Assembly (NCBI GenBank): GCA_964535025.1
Contig: CAZHRW010000159.1
Location: 14,527 to 78,526 of the forward strand
Source of the DNA: an uncultured Planctomycetales bacterium
GTDB lineage: Bacteria > Planctomycetota > Phycisphaerae > SM23-33 > FEN-1343
Direction of reading: 5' to 3'
Length of the DNA: 64,000 nucleotides
Each line of letters starts with the position of its first letter. Positions within the stretch are counted from its first letter, which is position 1. The notes under the pieces were generated by a model. The model ran no database searches and was not told the DNA's origin. It worked only from the letters and a program-made list of their open reading frames with translations. Both the position numbers and the translations under genes were made by a program. Below are positions 9,912 through 19,173 of the stretch, in pieces.

Positions 9912-12900
9912 ATGGAACGTTCGGCAACTCAGCCCCACGGTGGGCATCTCGGCGGTTGTCCGCTTCCCGGTTTCGAGACCCTCGAGCCGCGATTGATGCT
10001 GGCCGGCGACGTGGTGATCTCGGAGTTCATGGCCATCAACGATGGGACGCTGGCCGACGTGGACGGGGATTACAGCGACTGGATCGAACTGCACAACCGC
10101 GGCGACGACGCCGTCGACCTCGACGGGTGGTTTCTCACCGACGATCCGGCCGACCTGACCAAGTGGCGGATCCCCGCGATCACGCTGGCCGCCGGGGAGA
10201 TCGAGGTGATCTTCGCCTCCGACAAGGATCGCGACGACCCGGACGGTGAACTGCACACGGGCTTCAAGCTCAGCGGTTCGGGCGAGTACCTGGCGCTGGT
10301 GATGCCCGACGGGACCTCCATCGCCCACGCCTACGCGCCGACGGTCCAGTACGCCGACGTCTCCTACGGGCTCGACCTGGACGGCAACCCCGCCTACTTC
10401 GACCCGGCCACGCCCGGGGTGCCCAACGCCGGGGACGTGGAACTGCTGCCGGACGTCGAGTTCTCCGTCCAGCACGGCGTCTTCGACGCGCCGTTCACAC
10501 TGACGCTGAGCAGTTCGGTCCAGGATGCGACCATTTACTACACGCTGGACGGCACGGATCCCTACGGGGCGATCGACGCCGTCGAATACACCGGCCCGAT
10601 CGTCATCGACGCGACCACCGTCGTGCGGGCCTATGCCGAGACCTGGGACGCCGAATCCGCGGTGACCACGCAGACCTACATCTCCCTCGCATCGGTCCTG
10701 ACCCAGGGCGACGACCAGACCGCCATCGGCTTCCCCGACATCTGGCACGCCGGGGCCGGCGGCAGCGGCATCTACGACAGCGAATACCGCGACGCCGATT
10801 ACGAGATGGACCCGGACATCATCAACGACCCGGTCTGGGGGCCGCTGCTGACCGAGGCGCTCACCCAGATTCCGTCCATGGCGCTGACGCTGGACCCGTA
10901 CGACTTGTGGGACCCGGAAGACGGCATCTACCCCAACTCGATCCAGCGCGCCAGCCGCGACGACAAGTGGGAAAAGCCCTCGTCGCTGGAGTTGTTTTAC
11001 CCCGACGGCAGCACCGAGGAAGGCTTCACCGTCAACGCCGGCGCCCGCATGTTCGGCGAACTGGCCCGATGGGCCGCGGTCAACGACAAGCAGAGCTTCC
11101 GGATGGTGTTCCAGGGCGAGTACGGCCCGACGAAGCTGGTGACCGACTTCTTCGGCGACTCCGACGTCGACGAGTACGACACCATCGTCATGCGGGCCCA
11201 CTGGGGCAAGTCCTGGCTGCTGGACGAGGCCCTCGGCGACCGGCTGGGGGTTTCCTGGCTGAATTCCGATCCGTCGTCGGCCCAGTACCTCCGCGACCTC
11301 TACGCCCTGACCACCTTCGCCGATACCGGCAACCTCAGCTCCGACGGGCGCATGGTCCACCTGTACCTCAATGGCCTGTACTGGGGCCTTTACGAGGTCA
11401 TCGAACGGCCGGACAACTCCTTCAACGCCGAGCACCGTGGCGGGGACAAGGACGACTACAGCGTCATGAAGGGCGCCGCCGGCACATTCGCCTACCGCGG
11501 CGAGAACACGTATAACATTGGTGTGCACATGCCCTACTACATGTCCAACGGCCGCCTCCAGGACGGTAGCCGCGACATGTGGGACTGGCTCTTCCATACG
11601 TATTTCGATGCCCACGAGGACGGCATCAACATGCTCGAGCGGGACAATGTCACCCCGGTCCGCGGCACGATTAGTGATGAGGAACTGGCCGAGATCGCCC
11701 AATACGTCGACCTCGACAACCTCATCGACTACATGATCACGCTGTGGACGCTCAACCGCGGGGACTTCCCCGGCAAGAACTGGTACGCCGCCTGGGAAGG
11801 CGGCGCCGCCGACACGCCGCCCGACAAGCCGATCCAGTTCTACGTGTGGGACTCCGAAGCGTCCCTGGCCGGTACGGAGATCACGCATTGGACTCCGCCG
11901 GCCGAGCGATGGAACAGCCCCAGCAAGGGTAATGACACCGGCCCGGTCCGCATGTACTGGCGGCTGATCACCAACCAGGGCTTCCGCATCCGCTGGATGG
12001 AACGGGCCCGGGATCTGCTGGGCGACGGCGGGCCCCTCTCGGATGAGGCCTCCATGCAGCGCTACGCGGAGATGGCCTCGCAGATCGACATGGCCGTCAT
12101 CGCCGAATCCGCCCGCTGGGGCGACTCGGCGACGCTGCACATCAACGACCCGATGACCAAGGACGACTGGCAGGCCGAGTACGACCGCCTCATGGCCGAG
12201 TGGTTCCCCGGCCGCGCCGAGATGGTCCTGGCCGAGATGGGGGCGGCGGGGCTGGACGATGCGCCGACGGCGCCCGAGATCGACGTCCCCGGTGGTCTGG
12301 TTCAGCCCGGCACAATGGTGATGCTGAGCACGGTCGGCGACGGCGAGGTATGGTACACGCTCGACGGCACCGACCCCATGGACGGCGTCGGGATGCCGAT
12401 GCCGATGAGCGACCCGCGGCTGCAATGGGCCTTCAACGATACCGGAACCGATCTGGGCACCGCCTGGCGGGAAATCGACTACGACGATTCGACCTGGGGT
12501 ACGGGCACCGGCCGTCTCGGCTATGGCACCGGCGACGAGGATACCGCCATCGGCTTCGGCGACGATTCGCTCGACAAGCACATCACCACCTACTTCCGTG
12601 CCAACATCATCCTGGACGAAGTGCCGGACGATACGGTGACGCTCTACGTCCGCCGCGACGACGGCGTGGCGATCTACGTCAACGGCCATCGCATCGCCGA
12701 GCCGCACGACAATCTGCCCGCCGGCGAGATCACCTACGACACGCTGGCCAGCTCGTCGGTGGCCTTCGGGGCCGAAAACCAGTGGCACACATACGAAGTG
12801 GACCCGTCGCTGTTCGTCGAGGACCACAACGTGATCGCCGCGGAGGTCCACAAGTACAGCCCGCGCGGCTGGGACCTGACCTTCGAGATGACCACCGACC

Positions 12901-14918
12901 TGCCGTTGCAGAGCATCTCGGCCGTCCCCGTCGAACTGTTTACCGACACCCACCTGGTCGTCCGCACGATGCGCGACGGCAAGTGGAGCTACAAAACCGA
13001 GGCCGTCTACATCGTCGACGAGGCCCCGCCCCTGGCGATCACGGAGGTCAACTACAACCCGGCGGCCGCGATGGCGGCCGAATACCAGGCGGGCGCGACG
13101 GACGCCCAGGACTTCGAGTTCATCGAGGTCCACAACCCCACCGGCAATCCGATCCGCCAGATCGGCGCGACCCTGAGCGAGGGCATCACCGCGACGCTGC
13201 CATTGTTCGAACTCGAACCCGGCGAGTACGGCGTATTCGTCCGCGACCGCGAGGCCTTCCAATTGCGGTACGGCACCGACGTGAAGATCCTCGGCGAGTA
13301 CACTCGCCACCTGGGCAACGGGGGCGACCGGATCGTGCTGACCAGCTCCAACGGGGCGGTCCTGGCCGACTTCACCTATGACGACGCCGCCAACTGGCCC
13401 GGCCGCGCCGACGGCCGCGGCGCCACGCTGGAGGTCATCGACACCCAGGGCGACTACAACAGCGACGACACCTGGCGCTCGTCGACCGAGTATCTCGGCA
13501 CCCCCGGCGCCGCCGGGATCGGGCCCGTCGACTCGGTGATCATCAACGAAGTGGTCACCAATCCCGACGGCGGCTCCGACGCGATTGAACTGCACAACCC
13601 CACCGGCGAGGCGATCGACATCGGCGGCTGGTACCTCAGCGACACCGCCGACGAGTACACCCGCTACCGCATCGGCGACGATACGGTCATCCCGGCCGGC
13701 GGATACCTGGTCTTGACGGACGCCGAGCTGGGATTCGGCCTCAGCCGCTTCGGCGAGGACGTCTGGCTCATGGCCGCCGACGGCGACGGGGCCCTGACCC
13801 GGTTCGTCGACCACGTCGAATTCGGCGCGGCCCTGGAGGGGATGCCCTTCGGACGCTATCGGGGCCAGGACGCCGACGGCGATTTCACCGCCCTGGCGAG
13901 CATTACACTCGGCGGGCCCAACGCCGGGCCGTTCCCCAGCGACGTGATCCTCAGCGAAGTCCACTACCATCCCGGCGACCTGGCCGGATCGACTGAGGCC
14001 GACCTGGAGTTCCTCGAGCTGTACAACCGCAGCGATCACCCCGTCCCGCTCGACTGGTACGACGCCAACGGCAACGGCGTCCGCGACGCCGGCGAGCAGG
14101 GCGCCTGGCGGCTGGCCGGCGCCGTCGAGTTCGCCTTCCCGGCCGGCACGACGATCGACCCCGGCGGCACGCTGGTCGTTGTGGGCGCCGCGTCGGTCGA
14201 GGCGTTCCGGACGGCCTACGGGATCGATGAGAGCGTAGCCGTTTTGGGCGCCTGGGACGGCCGGCTGGCCAACGGCCGCGAGCGGATCGACCTGTGCCTG
14301 CCGGCGCCTCTGCGCACCGGGGACACCGAGACGGCCTACGTCGTGGCCGACTGGGTCGACTACAAGGACCACCTGCCCTGGCCCGTCTCGGCTGACGGCG
14401 CCGGCGATTCACTCCACCGCATGCGCGCCTGGGCGTACGGCAACGACGTCACGAACTGGTTCGCCGCCGAGCCCAACCCCGGGCAGGCGGCCCTGACGCC
14501 GGAGGCCCTGGAAGGCGATCTGAACCACGACCTCCAGGTCGACGGCGTCGACATCGGCCTGATCAACCGGGCTGTCCGCGAGGGGGCGACCGATCTGCGG
14601 TTCGACCTGGACGGCGACGGGGACGTCGACGGCGCCGACGTGGACTACCTGCTCCAGGGGATCCTCGGCACGCACGCCGGGGACTTCAACCTCGATGGGT
14701 ACGTCGACCTCGACGACTTCGACGCGCTCAAGACCGGCTTCGGCAAGCCCGCCGGCTGGTCCGGCGGCGACGCCAACGGCGACGGGAGGGTCGACCTGGA
14801 GGACTTCGCCATCCTCAAGAAAAACTACGGCGCCCAGCCGGTCCAGCAGGCCGATCCGGACAACCTGCTGGCGCCCCTGGACGTCCTGGCCGAAGTCGCC
14901 GCCGGCCCCCTTGGGTAG
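9912..14918 (+). CDS. giant secreted CotH kinase-like protein with four lamin-tail domains (LTD) and C-terminal dockerin repeats
   Basis: 1668 aa. LTD signatures VVISEFMAINDG...DWIELHN, ITEVNYNP...FIEVHNPTGNPI, VIINEVVTNPDG...IELHNPTGEAI, VILSEVHYHP...LELYNRSDHPV. CotH core MVHLYLNGLYWGLYEVIERPDNSF. C-terminal DLDGDGDVDGADVDYLL, GDFNLDGYVDLDDFDALK and GDANGDGRVDLEDFAILK dockerin repeats. N-terminal motif ETLEPRLMLAGD. Confidence 0.75.
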   Translation: MERSATQPHGGHLGGCPLPGFETLEPRLMLAGDVVISEFMAINDGTLADVDGDYSDWIELHNRGDDAVDLDGWFLTDDPADLTKWRIPAITLAAGEIEVIFASDKDRDDPDGELHTGFKLSGSGEYLALVMPDGTSIAHAYAPTVQYADVSYGLDLDGNPAYFDPATPGVPNAGDVELLPDVEFSVQHGVFDAPFTLTLSSSVQDATIYYTLDGTDPYGAIDAVEYTGPIVIDATTVVRAYAETWDAESAVTTQTYISLASVLTQGDDQTAIGFPDIWHAGAGGSGIYDSEYRDADYEMDPDIINDPVWGPLLTEALTQIPSMALTLDPYDLWDPEDGIYPNSIQRASRDDKWEKPSSLELFYPDGSTEEGFTVNAGARMFGELARWAAVNDKQSFRMVFQGEYGPTKLVTDFFGDSDVDEYDTIVMRAHWGKSWLLDEALGDRLGVSWLNSDPSSAQYLRDLYALTTFADTGNLSSDGRMVHLYLNGLYWGLYEVIERPDNSFNAEHRGGDKDDYSVMKGAAGTFAYRGENTYNIGVHMPYYMSNGRLQDGSRDMWDWLFHTYFDAHEDGINMLERDNVTPVRGTISDEELAEIAQYVDLDNLIDYMITLWTLNRGDFPGKNWYAAWEGGAADTPPDKPIQFYVWDSEASLAGTEITHWTPPAERWNSPSKGNDTGPVRMYWRLITNQGFRIRWMERARDLLGDGGPLSDEASMQRYAEMASQIDMAVIAESARWGDSATLHINDPMTKDDWQAEYDRLMAEWFPGRAEMVLAEMGAAGLDDAPTAPEIDVPGGLVQPGTMVMLSTVGDGEVWYTLDGTDPMDGVGMPMPMSDPRLQWAFNDTGTDLGTAWREIDYDDSTWGTGTGRLGYGTGDEDTAIGFGDDSLDKHITTYFRANIILDEVPDDTVTLYVRRDDGVAIYVNGHRIAEPHDNLPAGEITYDTLASSSVAFGAENQWHTYEVDPSLFVEDHNVIAAEVHKYSPRGWDLTFEMTTDLPLQSISAVPVELFTDTHLVVRTMRDGKWSYKTEAVYIVDEAPPLAITEVNYNPAAAMAAEYQAGATDAQDFEFIEVHNPTGNPIRQIGATLSEGITATLPLFELEPGEYGVFVRDREAFQLRYGTDVKILGEYTRHLGNGGDRIVLTSSNGAVLADFTYDDAANWPGRADGRGATLEVIDTQGDYNSDDTWRSSTEYLGTPGAAGIGPVDSVIINEVVTNPDGGSDAIELHNPTGEAIDIGGWYLSDTADEYTRYRIGDDTVIPAGGYLVLTDAELGFGLSRFGEDVWLMAADGDGALTRFVDHVEFGAALEGMPFGRYRGQDADGDFTALASITLGGPNAGPFPSDVILSEVHYHPGDLAGSTEADLEFLELYNRSDHPVPLDWYDANGNGVRDAGEQGAWRLAGAVEFAFPAGTTIDPGGTLVVVGAASVEAFRTAYGIDESVAVLGAWDGRLANGRERIDLCLPAPLRTGDTETAYVVADWVDYKDHLPWPVSADGAGDSLHRMRAWAYGNDVTNWFAAEPNPGQAALTPEALEGDLNHDLQVDGVDIGLINRAVREGATDLRFDLDGDGDVDGADVDYLLQGILGTHAGDFNLDGYVDLDDFDALKTGFGKPAGWSGGDANGDGRVDLEDFAILKKNYGAQPVQQADPDNLLAPLDVLAEVAAGPLG

Positions 14919-14939
14919 GGGGGCGTAACTGGACGGGTG

Positions 14940-15118
14940 GACTGGAGCCCCCAAAACCCGAAATCCGAAGCACGAAATCCGAAACAAACCTCAAAACGGA
15001 TAAGACGGCAAACGGCAAAACGGCCAAGCCCCGTTGTTTGGTGCTTTTCCGTTTTGCCGTTTCGAATTTGTTTCGAGTTTCGAGTTTCGAGCTTCGGATT
15101 TCGGATTTCCGGCGCGTC
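14940..15118. repeat. REP/MITE-like palindromic intergenic element, copy A (nested inverted repeats between convergent CotH gene and leuA)
   Basis: Outer arms CCCGAAATCCGAAGCACGAAATCCGAAACAAACC (about 14957..14990) and GAATTTGTTTCGAGTTTCGAGTTTCGAGCTTCGGATTTCGGATTTCCGG (about 15064..15112) are reverse complements. Inner hairpin CGGCAAAACGG...CCGTTTTGCCG. Shares modules with the element at 51436..51598. Confidence 0.5.
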
Positions 15119-15123
15119 AGCGC

Positions 15124-16665
15124 CTACGGATGGGCCGGCCGTTCCTTGCCGTTCTGGACGGTCAGGGCGCGGTTGACCGCGGCGAGGTAGGCCAGGCCGG
15201 AGGCCTCGACCACGTCGGTGTGGACCCCTCGGCCGCGGAATCTGCGGCCCTCGTGGATCACCTCGACGCTGACCTCGCCCTGGGCGTCGGTGCCGCCGGT
15301 CAGGGCGCGGAGCTGGTAGTCGCTTAGCGTCACCGATGCGCCGGTGATCCGCTGAATGGCCGAGTAGACCGCGTCGACGGGCCCGTCGCCGGTGGCGGCA
15401 TCGGTATGGTCCTCGTTGTCGCGGCTCAGGGTGACGGTGGCGGTCGGGGTGGTGCTGTCGCCGGCGATGGTCTGCAGGCCCTTGAGCGACCATACCTGGA
15501 TCGCCGTCTCCGTTTGCGCGTCGATGATCGCCTCGATGTCCTCGTCGTAGACGTTCTTCTTCTTGTCGGCCAGGGCGATGAACTGCTCGAAGGCGGCGTC
15601 CATGTCCTCGTCGGTGAGCGCGTAGCCCAGCGTCGCGACGCGGTCGCGGAAGGCGTGGCGGCCGGAGGGCTTGCCGAGGACGAGCTTGTTGGAGGGGATC
15701 CCGACGTCCTCCGGTCGCATGATCTCGTAGGTCTCGCGGTGCGCCATGACGCCGTGCTGGTGGATGCCCGCTTCGTGGGCGAAGGCGTTCTCGCCGACGA
15801 CGGCCTTGTTGCGCTGGACCATCAGCCCCGTGATGCTCGTGAGCAGACGGCTGGTGGGGTAGATCCGCTGGGTGGCGATCCGTGTCTCGGCGTCGAAGAC
15901 ATCCCCGCGGGTTCGCAGGGCCATGACAACCTCCTCGAGGGAGGCGTTGCCGGCCCGCTCGCCGATGCCGTTGACGGTGCACTCGACCTGCCCGGCCCCG
16001 GCGGCGACCGCCGCGAGACTGTTGGCCACGGCCAGGCCCAGGTCGTCATGACAATGGACGCTGATGACGGCCTTGTCGATATTGGGGACGTTCTCGCGGA
16101 TGTTGGCGATCAGGGCGCCGAACTGGTCGGGGATGGCGTAGCCGACCGTGTCGGGGATGTTCACCGTCGTCGCGCCGGCGGCGATGACCGCTTCCAGGAC
16201 GTCGTTGAGGAAGTCCCACTCGGTCCGCGAGGCGTCCTCGGGGCTGAACTCGACGTCGTCGGTGAACGTCCGGGCCAGGCGGACCGACTCGACGCTCATG
16301 TCGATGATCTGCTCCTTCTTCTTGCGGAGCTTATGGTTGCGGTGGATCTCGCTGGTGGCGCAGAACACGTGGATCCGCCGTTTCGACGCCGGGGCGAGCG
16401 CGTCGGCGGCGGTGACGATATCCTTCTCCAGCGACCGCGCCAGCCCGCAGATGATCGGCCCGGCGACGGCCTCGCTGATGGCGCGGACCGCCTGGAAGTC
16501 GCCGGGGGAAGCGACGGGGAAGCCCGCTTCGATGACATCCACGTTCAGCTTGGCCAGCGCGTGGGCCAACTGGAGCTTCTCATTGAGGTTCATGCTCGCG
16601 CCGGGGCTCTGTTCGCCGTCGCGGAGCGTGGTGTCGAAGATCGTGATGATGCGTTTCTCGGCCAT
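15124..16665 (-). CDS. leuA: 2-isopropylmalate synthase
   Basis: [25 protein letters not shown]... HxH metal site [15 protein letters not shown]; C-terminal LeuA regulatory domain. Start chosen at the internal ATG (16665). The track ORF extends to 16809 through an arginine-rich non-LeuA extension that overlaps the terminator hairpin. Confidence 0.85.
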   Translation of the reverse strand: MAEKRIITIFDTTLRDGEQSPGASMNLNEKLQLAHALAKLNVDVIEAGFPVASPGDFQAVRAISEAVAGPIICGLARSLEKDIVTAADALAPASKRRIHVFCATSEIHRNHKLRKKKEQIIDMSVESVRLARTFTDDVEFSPEDASRTEWDFLNDVLEAVIAAGATTVNIPDTVGYAIPDQFGALIANIRENVPNIDKAVISVHCHDDLGLAVANSLAAVAAGAGQVECTVNGIGERAGNASLEEVVMALRTRGDVFDAETRIATQRIYPTSRLLTSITGLMVQRNKAVVGENAFAHEAGIHQHGVMAHRETYEIMRPEDVGIPSNKLVLGKPSGRHAFRDRVATLGYALTDEDMDAAFEQFIALADKKKNVYDEDIEAIIDAQTETAIQVWSLKGLQTIAGDSTTPTATVTLSRDNEDHTDAATGDGPVDAVYSAIQRITGASVTLSDYQLRALTGGTDAQGEVSVEVIHEGRRFRGRGVHTDVVEASGLAYLAAVNRALTVQNGKERPAHP

Positions 16666-16810
16666 AATAGGTGTACTCGCTGTCGTCCATTGTCCGTTCG
16701 AATCAAGGGCCGCGTCGCCGCGCGCCCACGCGGGGGGATCCGCGTTATAGTCGAAACGGCTTGCTGTTATACCGTTGTGCGGCCATCGGCGTCGCCTCCA
16801 AACAGGCATG

Positions 16811-16840
16811 AAAAAACCCGCAACCGGTCAGGGTCGCGGG
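16811..16840 (-). terminator. intrinsic terminator of the leuA leader (attenuator): 9-bp GC stem, 6-nt loop, U6 tract
   Basis: Minus-strand RNA CCCGCGACC-CUGACC-GGUUGCGGG-UUUUUU, read from plus-strand aaaaaacccgcaaccggtcagggtcgcggg. Confidence 0.6.
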
Positions 16841-16887
16841 TGATCGTTCCATCAGCTTCGGCGTGGTGCAGCAGATCCCGCGGCCCG

Positions 16888-16947
16888 TTAGCGCAACAGT
16901 AGCGCCAGGGCGTCGGCAAGGATCAGGCTGTCACCGGTCATGGTCAT
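16888..16947 (-). CDS. leu leader peptide MTMTGDSLILADALALLLR (19 aa, 7 Leu including LALLL run)
   Basis: ATG..TAA small ORF located between a consensus promoter and the terminator hairpin, ~150 nt upstream of leuA. Confidence 0.55.
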   Translation of the reverse strand: MTMTGDSLILADALALLLR

Positions 16948-16975
16948 CAGGGCTCTCGCAATAACGTCACCTCAT

Positions 16976-17003
16976 AGTATATCGGACAGGCGCGGGGTTT
17001 CAA
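16976..17003 (-). promoter_or_regulatory. sigma70-like promoter for the leu leader: -35 TTGAAA, 16-nt spacer, -10 TATACT
   Basis: Minus-strand sequence TTGAAAccccgcgcctgtccgaTATACT lies immediately downstream of the trpC stop and ~30 nt upstream of the leader ATG. Confidence 0.45.
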
Positions 17004-17016
17004 TCAGAAATCCGCC

Positions 17017-17832
17017 TTAACGTGCCGGGCCGAGCAGGTCGCCGATCTTCGCGGCGATGTCGTCGCTGCGCATGAGCGACTCGCCCACGAGGATCCCGCG
17101 GACGCCCGCGGCGGCGAGGCGCTCGACGTCGGCGTGGGTGTGGATGCCCGACTCGCTGACGAGGATGTCGCGGCCGTCGACCAGGTCGGCCAGGCGCAGC
17201 GTGGTGGCGATGTCGGTGGTGAAGGTGGTCAGGTCCCGATTATTGATCCCCAGCAGGACGTACCCGCCGGCAGGAAAACCCGCCAGCGAGCGGACGCGGA
17301 GAAGTTCGTCGGCGTCGTGGACCTCGATCAGGCACGTCAGCGACAACTGGCTGGCCAGGATGAGCAGGTCGGTCAAGGGGCCGGTCTGCAGGCACGCGGC
17401 GATCAGGAGGACCGCGTCGGCCCCGGCGGCCCGTGATTCGTAAACCTGGTAAGGATCAATAATAAAATCCTTGCGGAGGACGGGCAGGCCCACCGCCTGG
17501 CGGACCTGGGTGAGGTAGGCCAGGCTCCCCTGAAAGTACGTCTCATCCGTCAGGACACTGATGGCTGAGGCGCCGGCGGCCTCGTAGGTGCGGGCGATCG
17601 CGACGGGGTCGAAGTCGGTGCGGATGACGCCCGCCGAGGGCGAGGCCTTCTTGACCTCGGCGATGAGGTTGACGGCGCGGGCCGGGCGCCGGCTGATGGC
17701 GCGATAGAAGTTGCGACAGCGCGGCAGGTTGCGGCACTGGCGGATCAGCGTTTCGGTCGGACGCGCCTGCTTGGCCGCGGCGACTTCTTTGCGCTTGGTT
17801 TCGGTGATCTCATGCAATATAGTCCGGGCCAT
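17017..17832 (-). CDS. trpC: indole-3-glycerol phosphate synthase
   Basis: 271 aa. LIAEVKKASPSAGVIRTDFDPVAIARTYEAAGASAISVLTDETYFQGS is the TrpC signature. Confidence 0.9.
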   Translation of the reverse strand: MARTILHEITETKRKEVAAAKQARPTETLIRQCRNLPRCRNFYRAISRRPARAVNLIAEVKKASPSAGVIRTDFDPVAIARTYEAAGASAISVLTDETYFQGSLAYLTQVRQAVGLPVLRKDFIIDPYQVYESRAAGADAVLLIAACLQTGPLTDLLILASQLSLTCLIEVHDADELLRVRSLAGFPAGGYVLLGINNRDLTTFTTDIATTLRLADLVDGRDILVSESGIHTHADVERLAAAGVRGILVGESLMRSDDIAAKIGDLLGPAR

Positions 17833-17862
17833 AGTGGGGTAGTTTACTGTTTAGCGGGCATC

Positions 17863-18795
17863 ATGCTGAAGGCTTTTGGGATTTCTTTGCTCGTGGCCGA
17901 GCAGGCGACGCGTCCGACCACGGCGCCGGGTCGGCCCGGCGGGGTCGCCGTATCGCCGGCCGACCATTTCGCCATGATCGTCATGGCCCTGGGGCTGCTC
18001 GCCCTGGGCGTCTGGCTGTTCCGCCGCGTCGGCCACAGCCGCAAGCTGCTCCTGCACGATGCCCCGGGACGCCCGAACAACCTCGGCTGGCCCCACGTGA
18101 TCGTGATCGTCGGGTGGCTGGCGCTCGACCGGGGCTCGGCCCTGGTGGCGGCGCTGCAGGAGAGGGCCCCCGCGGACGTCACAGCCGGCGTCCTCGTCGG
18201 CGGCGCGATCTTCCAACTGATGATCCTGGCCATCGCCCTGGCGGCGGCCCACATGGGCTTCCGGCGGGGGATCGTCCACGGGATGGGGCTGTCGACCCGC
18301 CGGTGGTTCACCGACAGTGTGCGGGGCCTCCTGGCCGGCCTGGCGGTCTTTCCCGTGTGCATCGCGCTGTTCAGTCTGTCGGAGGTCCTGATCCCGGAGG
18401 CCTTCCAGCAGACCCATGTCGTGCTGGTGTTCCTCAGGCAGGATGCGGCCCTGTCGGGCAAGCTGGTGGCGGTCGCGGCGGCGGTGCTCGTGGCGCCCGT
18501 CGTCGAGGAGGTTCTCTATCGCGGCATCCTGCAGACCGCGCTGCGGCGGGTCCTCGGCGGGCCGTGGCCGGGGATTCTGGCCGCCGGCGCGCTGTTCACG
18601 CTCGCCCACCTGTCCTTTGCCGCCGACCCCGTCCGGCCGGTCGCCCTGGAAGACCTCGCGCCCCTGTTCGCCCTGGCAGTGGTGCTGGGCTACAACTACG
18701 AGCGGACCGGACGGCTGCTGCCGAGCATCATCACCCATTTCGTCTTCAACGCCGTCAACGTCGTCGGCGCCCTCCTGCCCGGCGGCGCCCCGTAA
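17863..18795 (+). CDS. CPBP family intramembrane metalloprotease (second copy)
   Basis: VVEEVLYRGILQ (EExxxR), FTLAHLSF, HFVFN motifs. Multi-TM. Start at the internal ATG so it does not overlap trpC. Confidence 0.7.
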   Translation: MLKAFGISLLVAEQATRPTTAPGRPGGVAVSPADHFAMIVMALGLLALGVWLFRRVGHSRKLLLHDAPGRPNNLGWPHVIVIVGWLALDRGSALVAALQERAPADVTAGVLVGGAIFQLMILAIALAAAHMGFRRGIVHGMGLSTRRWFTDSVRGLLAGLAVFPVCIALFSLSEVLIPEAFQQTHVVLVFLRQDAALSGKLVAVAAAVLVAPVVEEVLYRGILQTALRRVLGGPWPGILAAGALFTLAHLSFAADPVRPVALEDLAPLFALAVVLGYNYERTGRLLPSIITHFVFNAVNVVGALLPGGAP

Positions 18796-18820
18796 GAACC
18801 TAACGATCCAGGCAAATGCA

Positions 18821-18916
18821 GAGAGGCCACTTGCGGGTGACCCGGGGGCATTGGCCGGGGCTGAGCAGGCCTCCAACCAACATCCCCTTCCATGGGGCCG
18901 CCACAAGTGGCCTCTC
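18821..18916. repeat. long-range inverted repeat GAGAGGCCACTTG(C)GG ... CC(A)CAAGTGGCCTCTC (16-bp arms, ~70-nt spacer) in the 380-bp gap upstream of rhaB. Candidate structured RNA.
   Basis: Arms read directly at 18821..18836 and 18901..18916. GC-rich nested complementarity sits in between. No U-tract follows. Confidence 0.4.
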
Positions 18917-19173
18917 GCTCAATGCTCTATCCCACCAGCCAAGGCAAAGAGCATACGCCAAGCCGGCACGACAGTGAGCGGCGGACGCCGACATCCCTTC
19001 CTCCAGGTCGACGTCCGTACATATACTATATCCCCTGTCTCCATCGGTGTCAACAGAGATGCCGCCCGTGAAAACGCACCCTTCGCCGCCTTGACAACCG
19101 ACGCCCCGCCGCTAAGGTCATGGTAGTCGGGTTCCTGTGAGCCGGCGCCACCGACGGACCGGAGGAGCAGAGC

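Noticed and set aside
8880-14372. 1830-aa stop-free ORF on the minus strand
   Set aside because: It lies entirely antisense to the CotH/LTD gene (9912..14918). Its product is low-complexity Gly/Arg/Val/Asp-rich with no domain signatures. This is a classic GC-bias shadow frame.
14825-16902. ORFs 14825..15982(-), 15406..16902(+) and the 16666..16809 extension of leuA
   Set aside because: These are alternative-frame or antisense shadows of leuA. The 16809 start would translate the terminator hairpin into an RRRRW-rich peptide that is not LeuA-like.
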